64,000 nt of DNA, from the sequence record NC_042116.1. One strand, written 5' to 3'. The notes beneath the pieces were generated by a model. The model was given only the letters and a program-made list of their open reading frames with translations, made no database searches and was not told the origin of the DNA. Positions 38,101 through 49,304 of the stretch are shown here, one piece after another. Both the position numbers and the translations under genes were made by a program. Numbering within the stretch: the stretch's first letter is position 1; every line of letters begins with the position of its first letter.

Positions 38101-40350
38101 TGAACGTTGTCATGAACAAATGAGAAAATTGCGTGATATAGTTGAGGATGCTGGTTCCCGCTTTGATAACATATATCTAGAAGAAATTAAAGAACTTGAA
38201 CAAGATTATGTTCAAATGCCAGCCAGTTATTATTTTGATGCAGATGCTATGGCGGCTGAGCAAATTTCTTATAATGAAACTGCACAGTACAAACTTACTC
38301 CATACCCTGTTTGTGAGTACTCAATTATTACGCATGTTAACCATAAAAGCAATAAAACTACTTTAGCATTAGCAATTGCTTGTACTAAAGGCTGGTTGAA
38401 AGTTGTTCAGCATGAACTTAATGTAGAACAAAACGAAGAACAGAAAACAATAATTGAGAAATGGATTGTTTTCTTTAATGAAACTATTGAACGTTTGGAG
38501 AATAAAAATGCTTAAACCATTAATCCTGTTAATTGTAGTGTTGGCAATCGGTGTTGGTATCGGTTATAATGTTGGACAAAAAGCTCCATCTGCTGGTGAT
38601 TGCTTAAACTCACTAATTGGGAAATAACAAATGAAAATCAGTACTAATTCGTGGCATTACAAAATGAATGAGTTTGTTTATGAGTATTTGAATCAAAACA
38701 TTGCAAACTCACTCTGTGGTTATTTTTGGCAAACAGTGTTTGCTCCTATCATAACATTAACAATTGTTCTTTTAGGGTTATTTGTTATTTCCATACTAAG
38801 TTGGGGAGCATTTTATCTTGTAGGTGCACTATTCTCCAATTTTTTAGTTTGGATCAACGTTTTACCAGAATCGTTCCAGTTACTAAAAAACGTATTCAAC
38901 TGGCGGTTCATTCCAATGTCAATTATTTTTGATGTATTAGTAGTTGGTGTATTTTATAGTAAGCACAAATATTCTTCTTATAAAGAACGTAAAATTGAAG
39001 AAGCTAAAGAAAAAGGTATACAGATTGATTCTAAACCATTATTGGTGGTTGAGTATATCAAAGCTAAGCAACGTAAAATTTGTCCATTGATTGAATTTAC
39101 AAAAGATTAATATAAAATTTATAGTACTAGAAGCATGTTCTAGTACTTTTTAAGTTAATATAATAAGGGGGTCATTATGGCTCTATATAAAAAGGGTGAT
39201 GAAGTTTGTTTTATATATGAAAACAAAATTCTCACTGGTATCATTAAAACCACTGGTAAATTGTATGGAATAACCATACCATCCGGTGAAGTACTATACG
39301 CTAGCTTAAAATATATCGCAGCCATTGATGCTAAATTTAGTATCGTTGAATCAGACCCATTTTTTTCAAATTATAAAAATCTAAGAATTGATTTTACGAC
39401 ATATATATCTAGAAATAAAACATGGGAAAATTGGGTTAATAAAGAATCTTGGATACAAGAAGCATTTGATCCAATTAATTTATGTCTTAAAGTTACAATA
39501 TATGGATTGGAGATTTAACATGTTTAAAAAAGGTGATTGGGTTGAATTAGTAGATGTTGAAGGTTTTAAAAACTCACATAATCAAAACAAAGAACTAATT
39601 GAAGCTATGAAAGGATTTCCAATTCAATTAACTAATTTTACTATAAATGGTGATGTTGACCAACTTAAAACATATGATGGTAACACTTCTCTTATTGGTA
39701 TATATGAAAGAGAATTGATTAGGTATTTTAAATTAATAAAGTCACATAGTGAATTTGGTTCGTTTAAATTAATTATTACTTATATCGAAAATGGTAAAAC
39801 CATTGAAGAAGAAGGGGTTAATTATATCCAACTTAGTAATGAACAGGTATCGTATACGTTTAATCGAAAAAAACTTGGATTCATTACATACAAAGGTGAA
39901 ATTACCTTAAAAATTGACGATCTTAAACAAATTACTATAAGTACACCACAATATGAACGAGTGTTTCATATTGAAAATGGTAAAGTTATTCGTGAACATA
40001 TAATGTATGATAATGAACGTACATTTAATTCATTTTCTTTACAAGGCAACAACGGTAAAATGAACTAAAAGGTTTATAATATGGTATTCATAAAAGTACA
40101 GAATACATTTGAACATAAGTTTATAAAAATTGATAAATGGAATACTCCAGTACTTGCAATTAGTATTAATAGTGCACATAAATTTGAATCATTACATTCT
40201 GCTATTGAATTCATTCGTAAATTCAATTTAGTAAAAACATCCTATGTTCATCAAATTCATGATTATAGTACTGATAAATTACTTGCAACTTGTACATTAG
40301 TCCGAGATAATACCGGTAAATTTATCGTTGGTGTTCAATTACAAAAATAA
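35120..40350 (+). CDS. run of hypothetical proteins (35120-35314, 35326-35631, 35628-36101, 36149-36664, 36704-37138, 37148-37576, 37644-37889, 37892-38515, 38631-39110, 39177-39518, 39520-40068, 40081-40350)
   Basis: Packed co-oriented ORFs, several multi-TM; sigma70-like promoters near 36105 and 37580. Confidence 0.75.
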
Positions 40351-40394
40351 AAAAAAATCACTTGACATGCTGGAATTAAGCTGGCATAATTAAG

Positions 40395-41045
40395 TCTCTA
40401 AAGAAGAACATTCCGATTAACTAAAATGAGGATTGAACGCAAATGTAACAGTTCAACTACACTTTAATAAATCAAGAAATATAAAACTTCAAGTAGTACT
40501 TATGTGGTACGGGGCGATGGGTCGCAATACCTGTCTCTTTCTAAAATCCACAAAATTGACACTTGCAAATGAACGAGTACAATGGTACAAGTGGAGATTA
40601 CACTGTTCAATGTTGTTCAGTGAAAATTGATGAAACTAGTTCATGTCATGTTGCAGTACTGGAAGCATAATTTTGGCGTATCATCACATTATATAAGACA
40701 AAAAATCTTGTATAATGGGGTTACGAGGGGATTATCAGCAGTACTTTGTATGAATTGAAATTCGACCACTTACAACAGGTGGATTAAGCTTCAAGATAGC
40801 TTTCCCTAAAAATGATAGGGTTCCAGTAAAAAAATCTAGGCTGGAGAGAATTTCAAACAAATATTTGTGGTACAGCGTAGGTATCACACTCCTTTCGAGG
40901 ATGGCTTGAGAAGCGATATTTGTAGAACAATCCAAACATTGTTCATAATATGCTTGCACTACTACGAAGTTTAATGTTATAATCAGTTTGGTGATAAATG
41001 ATGTTAAGCGAATAATCAACCGGTGGCTGATATTTCAGCCACCAA
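40395..41045 (+). ncRNA. candidate long structured non-coding region
   Basis: About 650 nt without a credible ORF; TCCT-TTCG-AGGA, ACAAATAT/ATATTTGT, GTGGTAC/GTATCAC, GAACAAT/ATTGTTC, closing GGTGGCTGA/TCAGCCACC. Confidence 0.45.
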
Positions 41046-41074
41046 CTTTAAAATTTTAATTTAGAGTAATTTTT

Positions 41075-41455
41075 ATGAATGATAAACGATCAGATAAACT
41101 TTTTTTGATAGCTTTATTAATTATGGTTTTATCAATGATAGCATTTGCAGGTTACGGAATTTGGACAACTAAAGTTGAACTGGCTTCCAGAACAAATACT
41201 TACCATAGAACTGCAATTGTTGTTGACGTTTACAATCATTTGAGTTATAGTGAACGTCATGGGAAACGGTCAGAGCAGTTTACTCCCATCAAGATAAAAG
41301 AAGGTAGTGAGTATACAGAATTTGCATTTGAAGGTAAGCCCACAGTCGGAAATCTACTATTTAAAGATTGCTGGACTGATGCAAAAGGGTTATCATGGTG
41401 TAAATCAGAATGGTCATACACATTTGAGTATCAAAATTTAAGTGAGGATAATTAA
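41075..41455 (+). CDS. membrane-anchored hypothetical protein
   Basis: N-terminal TM helix; followed by a ~49-aa ORF and terminator AAAAGCCAG/CTGGCTTTT at 41623-41647. Confidence 0.75.
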   Translation: MNDKRSDKLFLIALLIMVLSMIAFAGYGIWTTKVELASRTNTYHRTAIVVDVYNHLSYSERHGKRSEQFTPIKIKEGSEYTEFAFEGKPTVGNLLFKDCWTDAKGLSWCKSEWSYTFEYQNLSEDN

Positions 41456-41691
41456 TATGAAAGAATATATTGTTGAATACTTTATGCCAAAAAGTTCAGT
41501 CCCAATGGCAACACGCACATTTGCACATTCAGAAGCCAATGCACGTGCAGCAGCAAAGAAAGAAAAAGGGAATGACATTATTATTCGCAGTACTCGCTTA
41601 GTATAATAAGCGTTAAAAATTTAAAAGCCAGTTCATTCTGGCTTTTTCTATTGGAAAAAATCAATTGTTGCATTTTTGTACGGAGATAAAT

Positions 41692-42684
41692 GTGAGCATT
41701 AAAAAACTAAACTTAGATGAAATTCAGGATGAGATTCTAGACGAGTGCTTTGAAAATGATGATAAAACACTTGACTCATTAGTAATCGATGAAGATGATT
41801 TCGATAATGAAAGTACTGAAGAAGTTATCGATAATGGTTTAACAATGGATAAAATTAAATCTAAAGTTAAATCAGATCAATACGTCAGTAATGAAGATTT
41901 AGTTCGTAAAGTTCAAAACAATATTGATGTTGAACGTTCTAAAGAACTTCTTATCATGTTTAATAGTGGTTTGGTTTACAATGAAGCAAAAAACTGTACT
42001 TGTAACATTCCATTTCAAGATAAAGTTCAATACGGTTTCGAAGGTCTAATCAAAGCCATTCATGGTTTTAATACTAATTTTAAAACACTTTTTAGTACTT
42101 ATGCTACAACTGCAATCCGTCAGCATATGTATCGTAATGGAAATAACGATGTGCGTATGGTCGCATTGCCTGAGCATCTTTCTATGTTCAATATCCGCAT
42201 CCAAGGCTTCATAGAGAGGTCAATGAATGATGCTGGTGGATACCCTACTCATGAGCAAATCGCGGCTGGTACGGGCATTGACATACGTTCAGTTAAGCGT
42301 ATAATGAACTACAACAGCAACACATTCAGCATTGATACCCCTATGGTACGTGGTGGTGATGAGGGGTCACAGCAGACTCTTAAAGATATGATTGCAGGGG
42401 ATAGTGCGGATTACTTTGTTGATGAACGTTGTGTCAGTAAAGATTTTCTAAGTACTATGGATGAAATATTGAATGAACTACTTGAACATGAGCGAGTACT
42501 TATCGGCTTAGTTCATGGATTAGATGGATATCGTACACATACTTTCGATGAAATTATTAGTACGGGATACATTGATAGTAATGGTTCATATGTTACTTCA
42601 AAGGCTACACTATCCCGCCGTTATAACAATATAATGGATAAAGTGCGTCGAATTGTGGAACGTAAAGAAATAAGTTTTGATTAA
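41692..42684 (+). CDS. sigma-70-family RNA polymerase sigma factor-like protein
   Basis: Region 2 QDKVQYGFEGLIKAI.GF...FSTYAT..IRQ; region 3 PTHEQIA...SIDTP; region 4 L.EHER.LI...HGL...TFDEI; GTG41692 with GGAG RBS. Confidence 0.85.
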   Translation: MSIKKLNLDEIQDEILDECFENDDKTLDSLVIDEDDFDNESTEEVIDNGLTMDKIKSKVKSDQYVSNEDLVRKVQNNIDVERSKELLIMFNSGLVYNEAKNCTCNIPFQDKVQYGFEGLIKAIHGFNTNFKTLFSTYATTAIRQHMYRNGNNDVRMVALPEHLSMFNIRIQGFIERSMNDAGGYPTHEQIAAGTGIDIRSVKRIMNYNSNTFSIDTPMVRGGDEGSQQTLKDMIAGDSADYFVDERCVSKDFLSTMDEILNELLEHERVLIGLVHGLDGYRTHTFDEIISTGYIDSNGSYVTSKATLSRRYNNIMDKVRRIVERKEISFD

Positions 42685-42695
42685 GAGGGAAAATT

Positions 42696-43187
42696 ATGAG
42701 CCGTCGTGGTAAAATCAGTACTATTCTAAATTATACAATTGATGAATTAGTTCAAATGATGATGTCAAATGATATTCTTAAAGAAAACATTCGGTTATAT
42801 CAAAAGAACTACAACATGAATGAAATTACCAAACGTCATGCTATGGCGGCATATAAAGCTTTCAAAAAATATAAGAAACAAGTACGAGATGAAGAAAAAA
42901 TCAAACGTATAAAATTAAACAAAGAACTACGTATAATGAAATACAACGAGGATAATCCATTATCATTTCGTTATCGTACAGTTGAAGAAATTTATGTTCT
43001 TATTCGTGATAACCAATCATGTTTTAATTTAGCATGGAACTATGTATCACCATGTAAAACAAAAACAAAATTGGAACCGTTGTTAATAGAGCGTACTCGC
43101 AAAGCATTAGTACGCTATTATAAAAAGAAAGACCGTAACAATCCAAAACTTAAAAAATTATTGGATCGAGATCCAGCTAACATATAA
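42696..43187 (+). CDS. basic hypothetical protein
   Basis: GAGGG RBS; K/R-rich. Confidence 0.75.
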   Translation: MSRRGKISTILNYTIDELVQMMMSNDILKENIRLYQKNYNMNEITKRHAMAAYKAFKKYKKQVRDEEKIKRIKLNKELRIMKYNEDNPLSFRYRTVEEIYVLIRDNQSCFNLAWNYVSPCKTKTKLEPLLIERTRKALVRYYKKKDRNNPKLKKLLDRDPANI

Positions 43188-43195
43188 TAAAAGGG

Positions 43196-43224
43196 TTGAC
43201 TTCGGTCAGCCTTTTTGCTATAAT
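43196..43224 (+). promoter_or_regulatory. promoter with terminator-like hairpin in its spacer
   Basis: TTGACT-17-TATAAT overlapping AAAAGGGTTGAC-TTCG-GTCAGCCTTTTT. Confidence 0.75.
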
Positions 43225-43416
43225 TTAGTTATTCAATTTAAGAGAGATTAAAATCATGACAAAAATTTTATGTGATGTTGGAAATACATATGGAAGTCTT
43301 GTAATTAAAGAAGAACATGGAAAATTTTATTGGGCAGTTGAAGACTATGATGACAGCTTGATATGGCAAGAAATTGCAGAAGAAACCTATAATGCCATTA
43401 AAAAAGAAGTACTATA

Positions 43417-43677
43417 ATGGCTGTGGGTTTTGGTTCTTGTGATAACTTTCAGGAAACAATTCAGGCTACAGTGGATAATGGCATTGACTTTGCTCGTTCA
43501 CAATTACCTACTGGTGAATCTGAAAAGTTATGTTTAGACTGTGGAAATGAAATACCACAAAAACGTAGGGAAGTACTAAAAGGTGTAAAGTACTGTGTGA
43601 ACTGTCAAAGTATTAAAGATACTAAGATCAGTTCAATGTATAATCGTCGTGGATCTAAAGATTCACAATTGAGGTAA
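43417..43677 (+). CDS. DksA/TraR-family C4 zinc-finger protein (YbiI-like)
   Basis: MAVGFG...CLDCGNEIPQKRREVLKGVKYCVNCQ. Confidence 0.88.
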   Translation: MAVGFGSCDNFQETIQATVDNGIDFARSQLPTGESEKLCLDCGNEIPQKRREVLKGVKYCVNCQSIKDTKISSMYNRRGSKDSQLR

Positions 43678-43680
43678 TAA

Positions 43681-44284
43681 ATGACACATTTAAATAAAAG
43701 CAATCTTGTTGAAAACCATTCAAATATTCTGGAATTTGAATATAACGGATGTACTTTCTACCGTAATTCAAAACTTCGTCGGTTCCTGAATGAACTATTT
43801 GGTGCTACATTAGTAGCAGTTTACAGTACTAATAAAGATTCAGACGCAAATTATAGCTTAGATTGGAGTGGTGAGGATATAGTAACTGTAACTGCAAATG
43901 GTGTTGTTTCACATCTTGGTAACTCTGAGTGGGCACATTTTACTAAACTTTAATAAATTTATAGGTGCTTATATGTTAGAAGGTTTCACGAAAGTTGGTT
44001 CTGGTCATAGTCATAATAATGTACTACCAAAAGAAAGTGGTGCATATAATGTCGTGGTTATTTCACGTGATGGGCTTCCTGTTATTCAAGTAATGTACTT
44101 TGATAAAGATGCAGCAGATCGTTTTGAACGAGATCGCCAATGGATCTATTTTAAAATTTCAGAATATGGGTACTTTGAACATCATCGTCATAGTGGTGAA
44201 TCAATTGATGCGTGGAAGAAAATTGAAGGTGTTAATCTTAAAATTGTTCCTGAAAAAATTGAAATTTCATTCGACAATATTTAA
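43681..44284 (+). CDS. hypothetical proteins (43681-43953, 43973-44284)
   Basis: ORF track; RBSs. Confidence 0.72.
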
Positions 44285-44289
44285 AGAAT

Positions 44290-44319
44290 ATGAAACAGAT
44301 TAAAAAAATCTGGTATAAT
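44290..44319 (+). promoter_or_regulatory. RNA-gene promoter class
   Basis: ATGAAAC-N14-TGGTATAAT; no tRNA follows, only a long structured non-coding stretch. Confidence 0.75.
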
Positions 44320-44333
44320 CTATATGTAAAATT

Positions 44334-44885
44334 CTGTTTGATAGGGGTAAACTCGCCCCTAAAATTATAACCCTACTCCAATGAAAAGTAATTGGAGAGA
44401 TGAGAAGTTCAAACAGTTCGCAGAGCAGATGAAACCCGTTAGAGTACTAGCAGTCATACAAAGAGACATAAGACTACGAATCACGGCAATGCGGCTCTAT
44501 AAAGAAGTATATTTAATCATTACTAATACTTCCTTGATAGACATATAAGATGCATCTTACCATATATGATAAGGGAGATTATGCATCGAATTTGTACAAT
44601 ATAGATCCGTCCAGAATTTGATGATATAATCAAGTACTTGGATTGATTGTATAGTCCAAGTATTAAGTGAGCTAAAAACTCGACCGTTGTTAGAACTGAA
44701 ATAGGAAGAAATAGAACAACCCGCTTCCGTACTGTAAAGTAATTTTCAATACAATATTGCCGACGACTATCAGCGTCAGACTTTTCATCTCCCTGCGGGG
44801 GGATGAAATTGCCTCAACAAATCGCGTCAGTATTATTAGGTCAAGTACAATTAAAAATTGATTTTCTTGCAACGAAGTAAAAGAA
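44334..44885 (+). ncRNA. candidate large structured RNA (~550 nt)
   Basis: CTGTTTGA/TCAAACAG, TAGGGG/CCCCTA, CTCCAAT/ATTGGAG, GATGCAT/ATGCATC, TACTTGGA/TCCAAGTA, GGAAG/CTTCC, TTCATC/GATGAA; no credible ORF. Confidence 0.6.
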
Positions 44886-44890
44886 AATCC

Positions 44891-44919
44891 TTGACTTGCT
44901 TTAGCAAGGCGAGTACAAT
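44891..44919 (+). promoter_or_regulatory. promoter with hairpin in spacer
   Basis: TTGACT-17-TACAAT containing CTTGC-TTTA-GCAAG. Confidence 0.7.
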
Positions 44920-44953
44920 ATATTTCATTGAAGAAGTTATCTTTTAACAAAAA

Positions 44954-47900
44954 ATGAGGCATTCCAAAATGGGTGATATCTATTTAAAACTACGTCCAGA
45001 AGAACTTACTGTGGATGTATTAAAAAACCTTGATTTAAGTTCTTTAAATTCGGATGATCGTAGTCTTTTGTGTTCTATAGATGGTGCTCGTATGAAGTTG
45101 ACCACCCTTGATATACCCGTTCGGTTACAAAACAAATTGAATGATATATCAAACCTTACATATGATGAATGTGTTGCTATTATAAACAATAGTACTCGCG
45201 TCAGTACTGACATTCAACAAAAATATAATAATTATAGTATCAATTTATTATCAAAACATTTCAAAAAATTTGATCTATCTAACATCGAACGTCAAGAAAA
45301 TATTAATCTTGAATTTGTTAATAGTCATTGTAATGATATGGATATATCTGCATTCGTCCGAATTCGTATGAAACGTGGTGATGTTATGGATTTTTATGAA
45401 AATAAATCTGTTCGTAACAAACTATTGCGTATTGGTGGTATTAAATGGAGTGAAACTAAAGATGAAATGCGTAACTCTATATTAAATTTTGCACCTAATA
45501 CATTGGATAAAATTAATCCAGTACTGGATGAAATTTTCAATTTAACACTTAATAAAACTGTCTTTGCCAATTATTACGAGGATGGTAAAGGAAGTCATGG
45601 TGTTGATGCTATTGTTAATTTTTATATTAATAACTTTGATCCAGACGTAACTTATACATGGTCTGAATTTGTGAAAACATCTATTGATAAAAATCGCGAT
45701 GCATTAATTGATGTTTTTTGGAGTGATTATATCCAAGATAAAATCATTAATTGCCTAAAATAATTTTCTTTTACATGGCACATAATGTGTGCCATATAAC
45801 TAACTGTAGGACATAAAACTATGTTAGCTGCAAAATCAACAAAAACAAGTTTATTAGATTTAAGTATTGATGAAATTCGCCAAATTGCATGGCTTTATAT
45901 GAATGTTAATTCTTTTCAAGAAGATATGAATAATACTGATTTTTTACGCCGTGCTTATCTGGCTGATAAAGAATTACTTGTTAAGTTTTTAACAGATGAC
46001 GATATGATCAGGTGTTTATCGTTAGAAACTATTAACTTCATACTTGAAATGTTGGAAGATTCGTTATCTGAATTGTTTGATGATGATAAAATTAGTCGTT
46101 ATATTGTACTTAAACATCAATTACCAATTGAATTTTTAGAACGTTATGCTACAATACTTCCATTGTATCATGCAGAGCACCAATTATCTATTACCCCTGA
46201 ATTTTATTCTAAATATCATTCGCTTTTTGATGATGAAGCATTTTGGGGGCATTTTGCATCTAATCATACATCAGACTTTAATACTTGGGCTACATATAAT
46301 GATGGTGAATTAGTAGATAAAGTATTTGATAACTCAGTAACACGTTACTTTACAAAAGCTAAACTCATTGAACACAACATGATGGTTCCTAATTTTTATG
46401 ATAATGTAGTTAATGAACAACGTATTATGGCTGGAGATCCGTGTTCTGATGGTCAACGTTCATATGCAATTTGGTTACGTAAGTATCGTCGTACTTATAA
46501 TGATCAAACTGGTTATCCAACATGGGGACAACTTCTTGAATTGTTTGAAAAACATCCTCGTATGAATCATGATGGATATATTGATTGGTTGTTCAATCGT
46601 GTTGTACGTGACGAGTTTGATGAAGATGATGTAAGTATATCACTTGAAATTGACGTACAGCAGGTTGATGAAGACGAATATGAATATGAATATGGTGAAA
46701 AAGAACGTCATGAAGATGATGACGAAGAAGAAGAATCATGTGAAGAAATGTTGCACGATTAATAAAAAACATTAATATATTATGCCGAACAAAGTGTTCG
46801 GCATTTTCTTTATAAAAAGGCCACTACTAATGAGTAAAGTTAATGCAGTACACAAAGAACGTGTTGAAACGTTAGCTGAACTAATTTCAGCAATTGACAC
46901 TTATGGGACTGAAAATGTTACAATAAGATCAGTAGGTGATCTTAATGCCGTATTTAATTCAGATAGTACAATTAACGATTTGTATAATATTCTACTACCT
47001 AAGTTAAATGATTTTAGTGCTAAAGAACTATTTTCTAATATTATCAGTACCAATACTATAATTACACGTCATAAAGATGTACTTGGTATTTCTAAAAATA
47101 AACTTCTTGATAATTTATTTTATATGATTATTGAACGACGTATTATGATACATAATCTACCAAATAATACTAGTCTTAAACATTTAAATTTACTAGCAGA
47201 TCATGAGTTGGTTAATTTATATAATATTGAAAATATTAAATCTATCGACTTGGAATTTGTTCAAAAATATGGTAATAAAATGGATTTAAAACGTTTAAAT
47301 CGATGCACAAATAAACCAGAAGTACTTGAATACAGTTCAGTATTAGGTACTTCTTTGGAAAGTGAAGGTACAAAATGATTATTGAAATTGAATCAGTATG
47401 TGATGTAGAAAAAATTATTAAAAATAGCCATAGTTATACTGTTAAAAATGAAGATATTACCAAAGAAGTATTCATTGAATTCTTTGAAAAATGTTCTCCA
47501 TCTGAATATGAACGTCTATATTACCTTAACGTACTAAAGTACTACGATGAAGTACTAGATGATAATATTGCAAAAGTACTTCTATCTGGAAAATATGCAC
47601 TAAGTTGGCTACTTAATGAAGCTAAATTATCACCAACTATGATAACATATATTGTTGATAATCTTGAGGTTCCATTAGATACTATTATAGCAAAACAGCC
47701 AATAACTTTCGACCAAATAATTAAACTTTTATCTAATAAAAGTTTTCATCTTAATTCTGGTGACCTTGGTGAAGCAATTGGGTCAACTGGTAATATTGAA
47801 ATGGCAAAACAGTTCATTACAGAATGGGATAATATTTTACCATTAATGAATAAAAGTTTAAGGAATGTAGATTTATCAGAATTTCGTTACCATATGTTTA

Positions 47901-48178
47901 ATAACTTTGGAGATATTATAATCGATCCGGTAGATGAATTGACATTATTTGGTGTTAATCGTCCATCAATAAGTACTGAAGAATTGCGAACTTATGAACC
48001 ATGTTCTGATGGTTGGAAACGTGTTCTTAAATGGGCACCACGAAATGATACCCAATATTCATGGAATACATTTGTGGCCTTTCATACAATTGCAAATAAA
48101 GATGAATTGCATAATGTACAATCAGACTTAATTTGGTTAGCATCTACTTATCTAGAAACTCACAATCTTATAAAATAA
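44954..48178 (+). CDS. helical/Leu-rich hypothetical proteins (44954-45763, 45821-46762, 46782-47378, 47375-48178); two carry a C-terminal PCSDG motif
   Basis: GDPCSDGQ (45821) and EPCSDGW (47375); GACSDGC also in 53878. Confidence 0.78.
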
Positions 48179-48239
48179 AACTTGACTTTTATTGATCTGT
48201 AATGTAATATGGACTCTCATAATATAGAAGGGAGTCCAT

Positions 48240-48740
48240 ATGATTAAGTTAGAGCTGAATAATATTGCACCCAATGCATACCGAAATACATGTTGTATGT
48301 GTTGTGGAATACCACAAATATCAAGGCAGTTTTTTAAAACACATGATGGAAAACTCGTACAAGCTACAGTTGACCACGTTGTACTACGTTCACTTGGTGG
48401 TTCATCAGAGGCTGAAAACCTCGTGATGATGTGTTACGATTGTAATCAGTTACGTGCAAATTTATTTGCAGAATTAAATCAATTTATTGATTGGTATTGG
48501 AGTGACGACGAGTTGCCTAGGACTAAAAATTTTAGTTACCTCAAAGATAACCCAAAATATAAACATAAGTTCACATTCAATAAAACATATACTAAACATA
48601 AATCACCTAGTAGTGTTGGAATAGTACTTCCAAGTAAAAATTCATCAGTTGCATTAAATGTTATTGAAATGAATGGTATTAAATATCAAGAATATAAACA
48701 TCCATTATTCGGAAATAGTCTTATTAAGATAGAGGATTGA
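48240..48740 (+). CDS. HNH endonuclease-like protein
   Basis: CCMCC...ATVDHVVLRSLGGSSEAENLVMMCYDCN. Confidence 0.8.
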   Translation: MIKLELNNIAPNAYRNTCCMCCGIPQISRQFFKTHDGKLVQATVDHVVLRSLGGSSEAENLVMMCYDCNQLRANLFAELNQFIDWYWSDDELPRTKNFSYLKDNPKYKHKFTFNKTYTKHKSPSSVGIVLPSKNSSVALNVIEMNGIKYQEYKHPLFGNSLIKIED

Positions 48741-48973
48741 ATATGACTACATTGATTGTTATGATAATTATTTTTTTTCCATCGCTATTATGTTTAGTAC
48801 GATATCCTAATGAAATTGTAAAGATAACATTACTTAATTTTGTATTGGGTTTTTTATGGGTTATGCATCCACCATCATACGGTTGGTTAAATGGTTTATT
48901 TCATTTAATTGCATGGATATGCTGGTTCATGTTGATTGATGTTGATAACAACTTGAAAAAGGTAACTACATGA
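48737..48973 (+). CDS. possible superinfection immunity (Imm-like) membrane protein
   Basis: IIFFPSLLCLVR...ITLLNFVLG resembles the T4 Imm family pattern YFLP.IIA.R...I.LLN.FLG. Confidence 0.45.
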   Translation: MNMTTLIVMIIIFFPSLLCLVRYPNEIVKITLLNFVLGFLWVMHPPSYGWLNGLFHLIAWICWFMLIDVDNNLKKVTT

Positions 48974-49290
48974 CATTGTTCGGATTTATAATTAGTAGTA
49001 CTTTAGTCAATAGTTTATTTTTATTTGACTTGTACGTAACTAAGTATACCCAACGTAGCTCATTATGGGGAGCATCACTTTCTCTTTGTATTAAACAAAG
49101 TGGATTATGTGAACTTATACCTTTTTGCACTATGATAGTACTATGGAGTTCTGGATTGTTTATAGGTAACAATACTTCATATGTTCAATTTTTATTCAGT
49201 AGTATATTTTGGATTTGGTTTAGTTTTGAATTCATTTCTACCACAATATTTTATTATGTTTTCAAAATAGATAAAATACCTAAGAGTTAA
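48970..49290 (+). CDS. multi-TM membrane protein
   Basis: Hydrophobic segments. Confidence 0.65.
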   Translation: MTLFGFIISSTLVNSLFLFDLYVTKYTQRSSLWGASLSLCIKQSGLCELIPFCTMIVLWSSGLFIGNNTSYVQFLFSSIFWIWFSFEFISTTIFYYVFKIDKIPKS

Positions 49291-49304
49291 TATATAGGAA
49301 AAAT

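Noticed and set aside
40395-41045. tmRNA
   Set aside because: No GGGGCUG/GAUUCGAC-type 5' end, no T arm plus acceptor-CCA 3' end and no convincing tag frame; the terminal CAGCCACCA is part of a simple hairpin
44400-44760. RNase P RNA or a bona fide group I intron
   Set aside because: GAGAAGTTC and AGAACAACCCGCTT only loosely resemble P4 strands and do not pair; group I R/S-like words are present but there are no flanking exons or clear P/Q elements; kept only as an unclassified ncRNA
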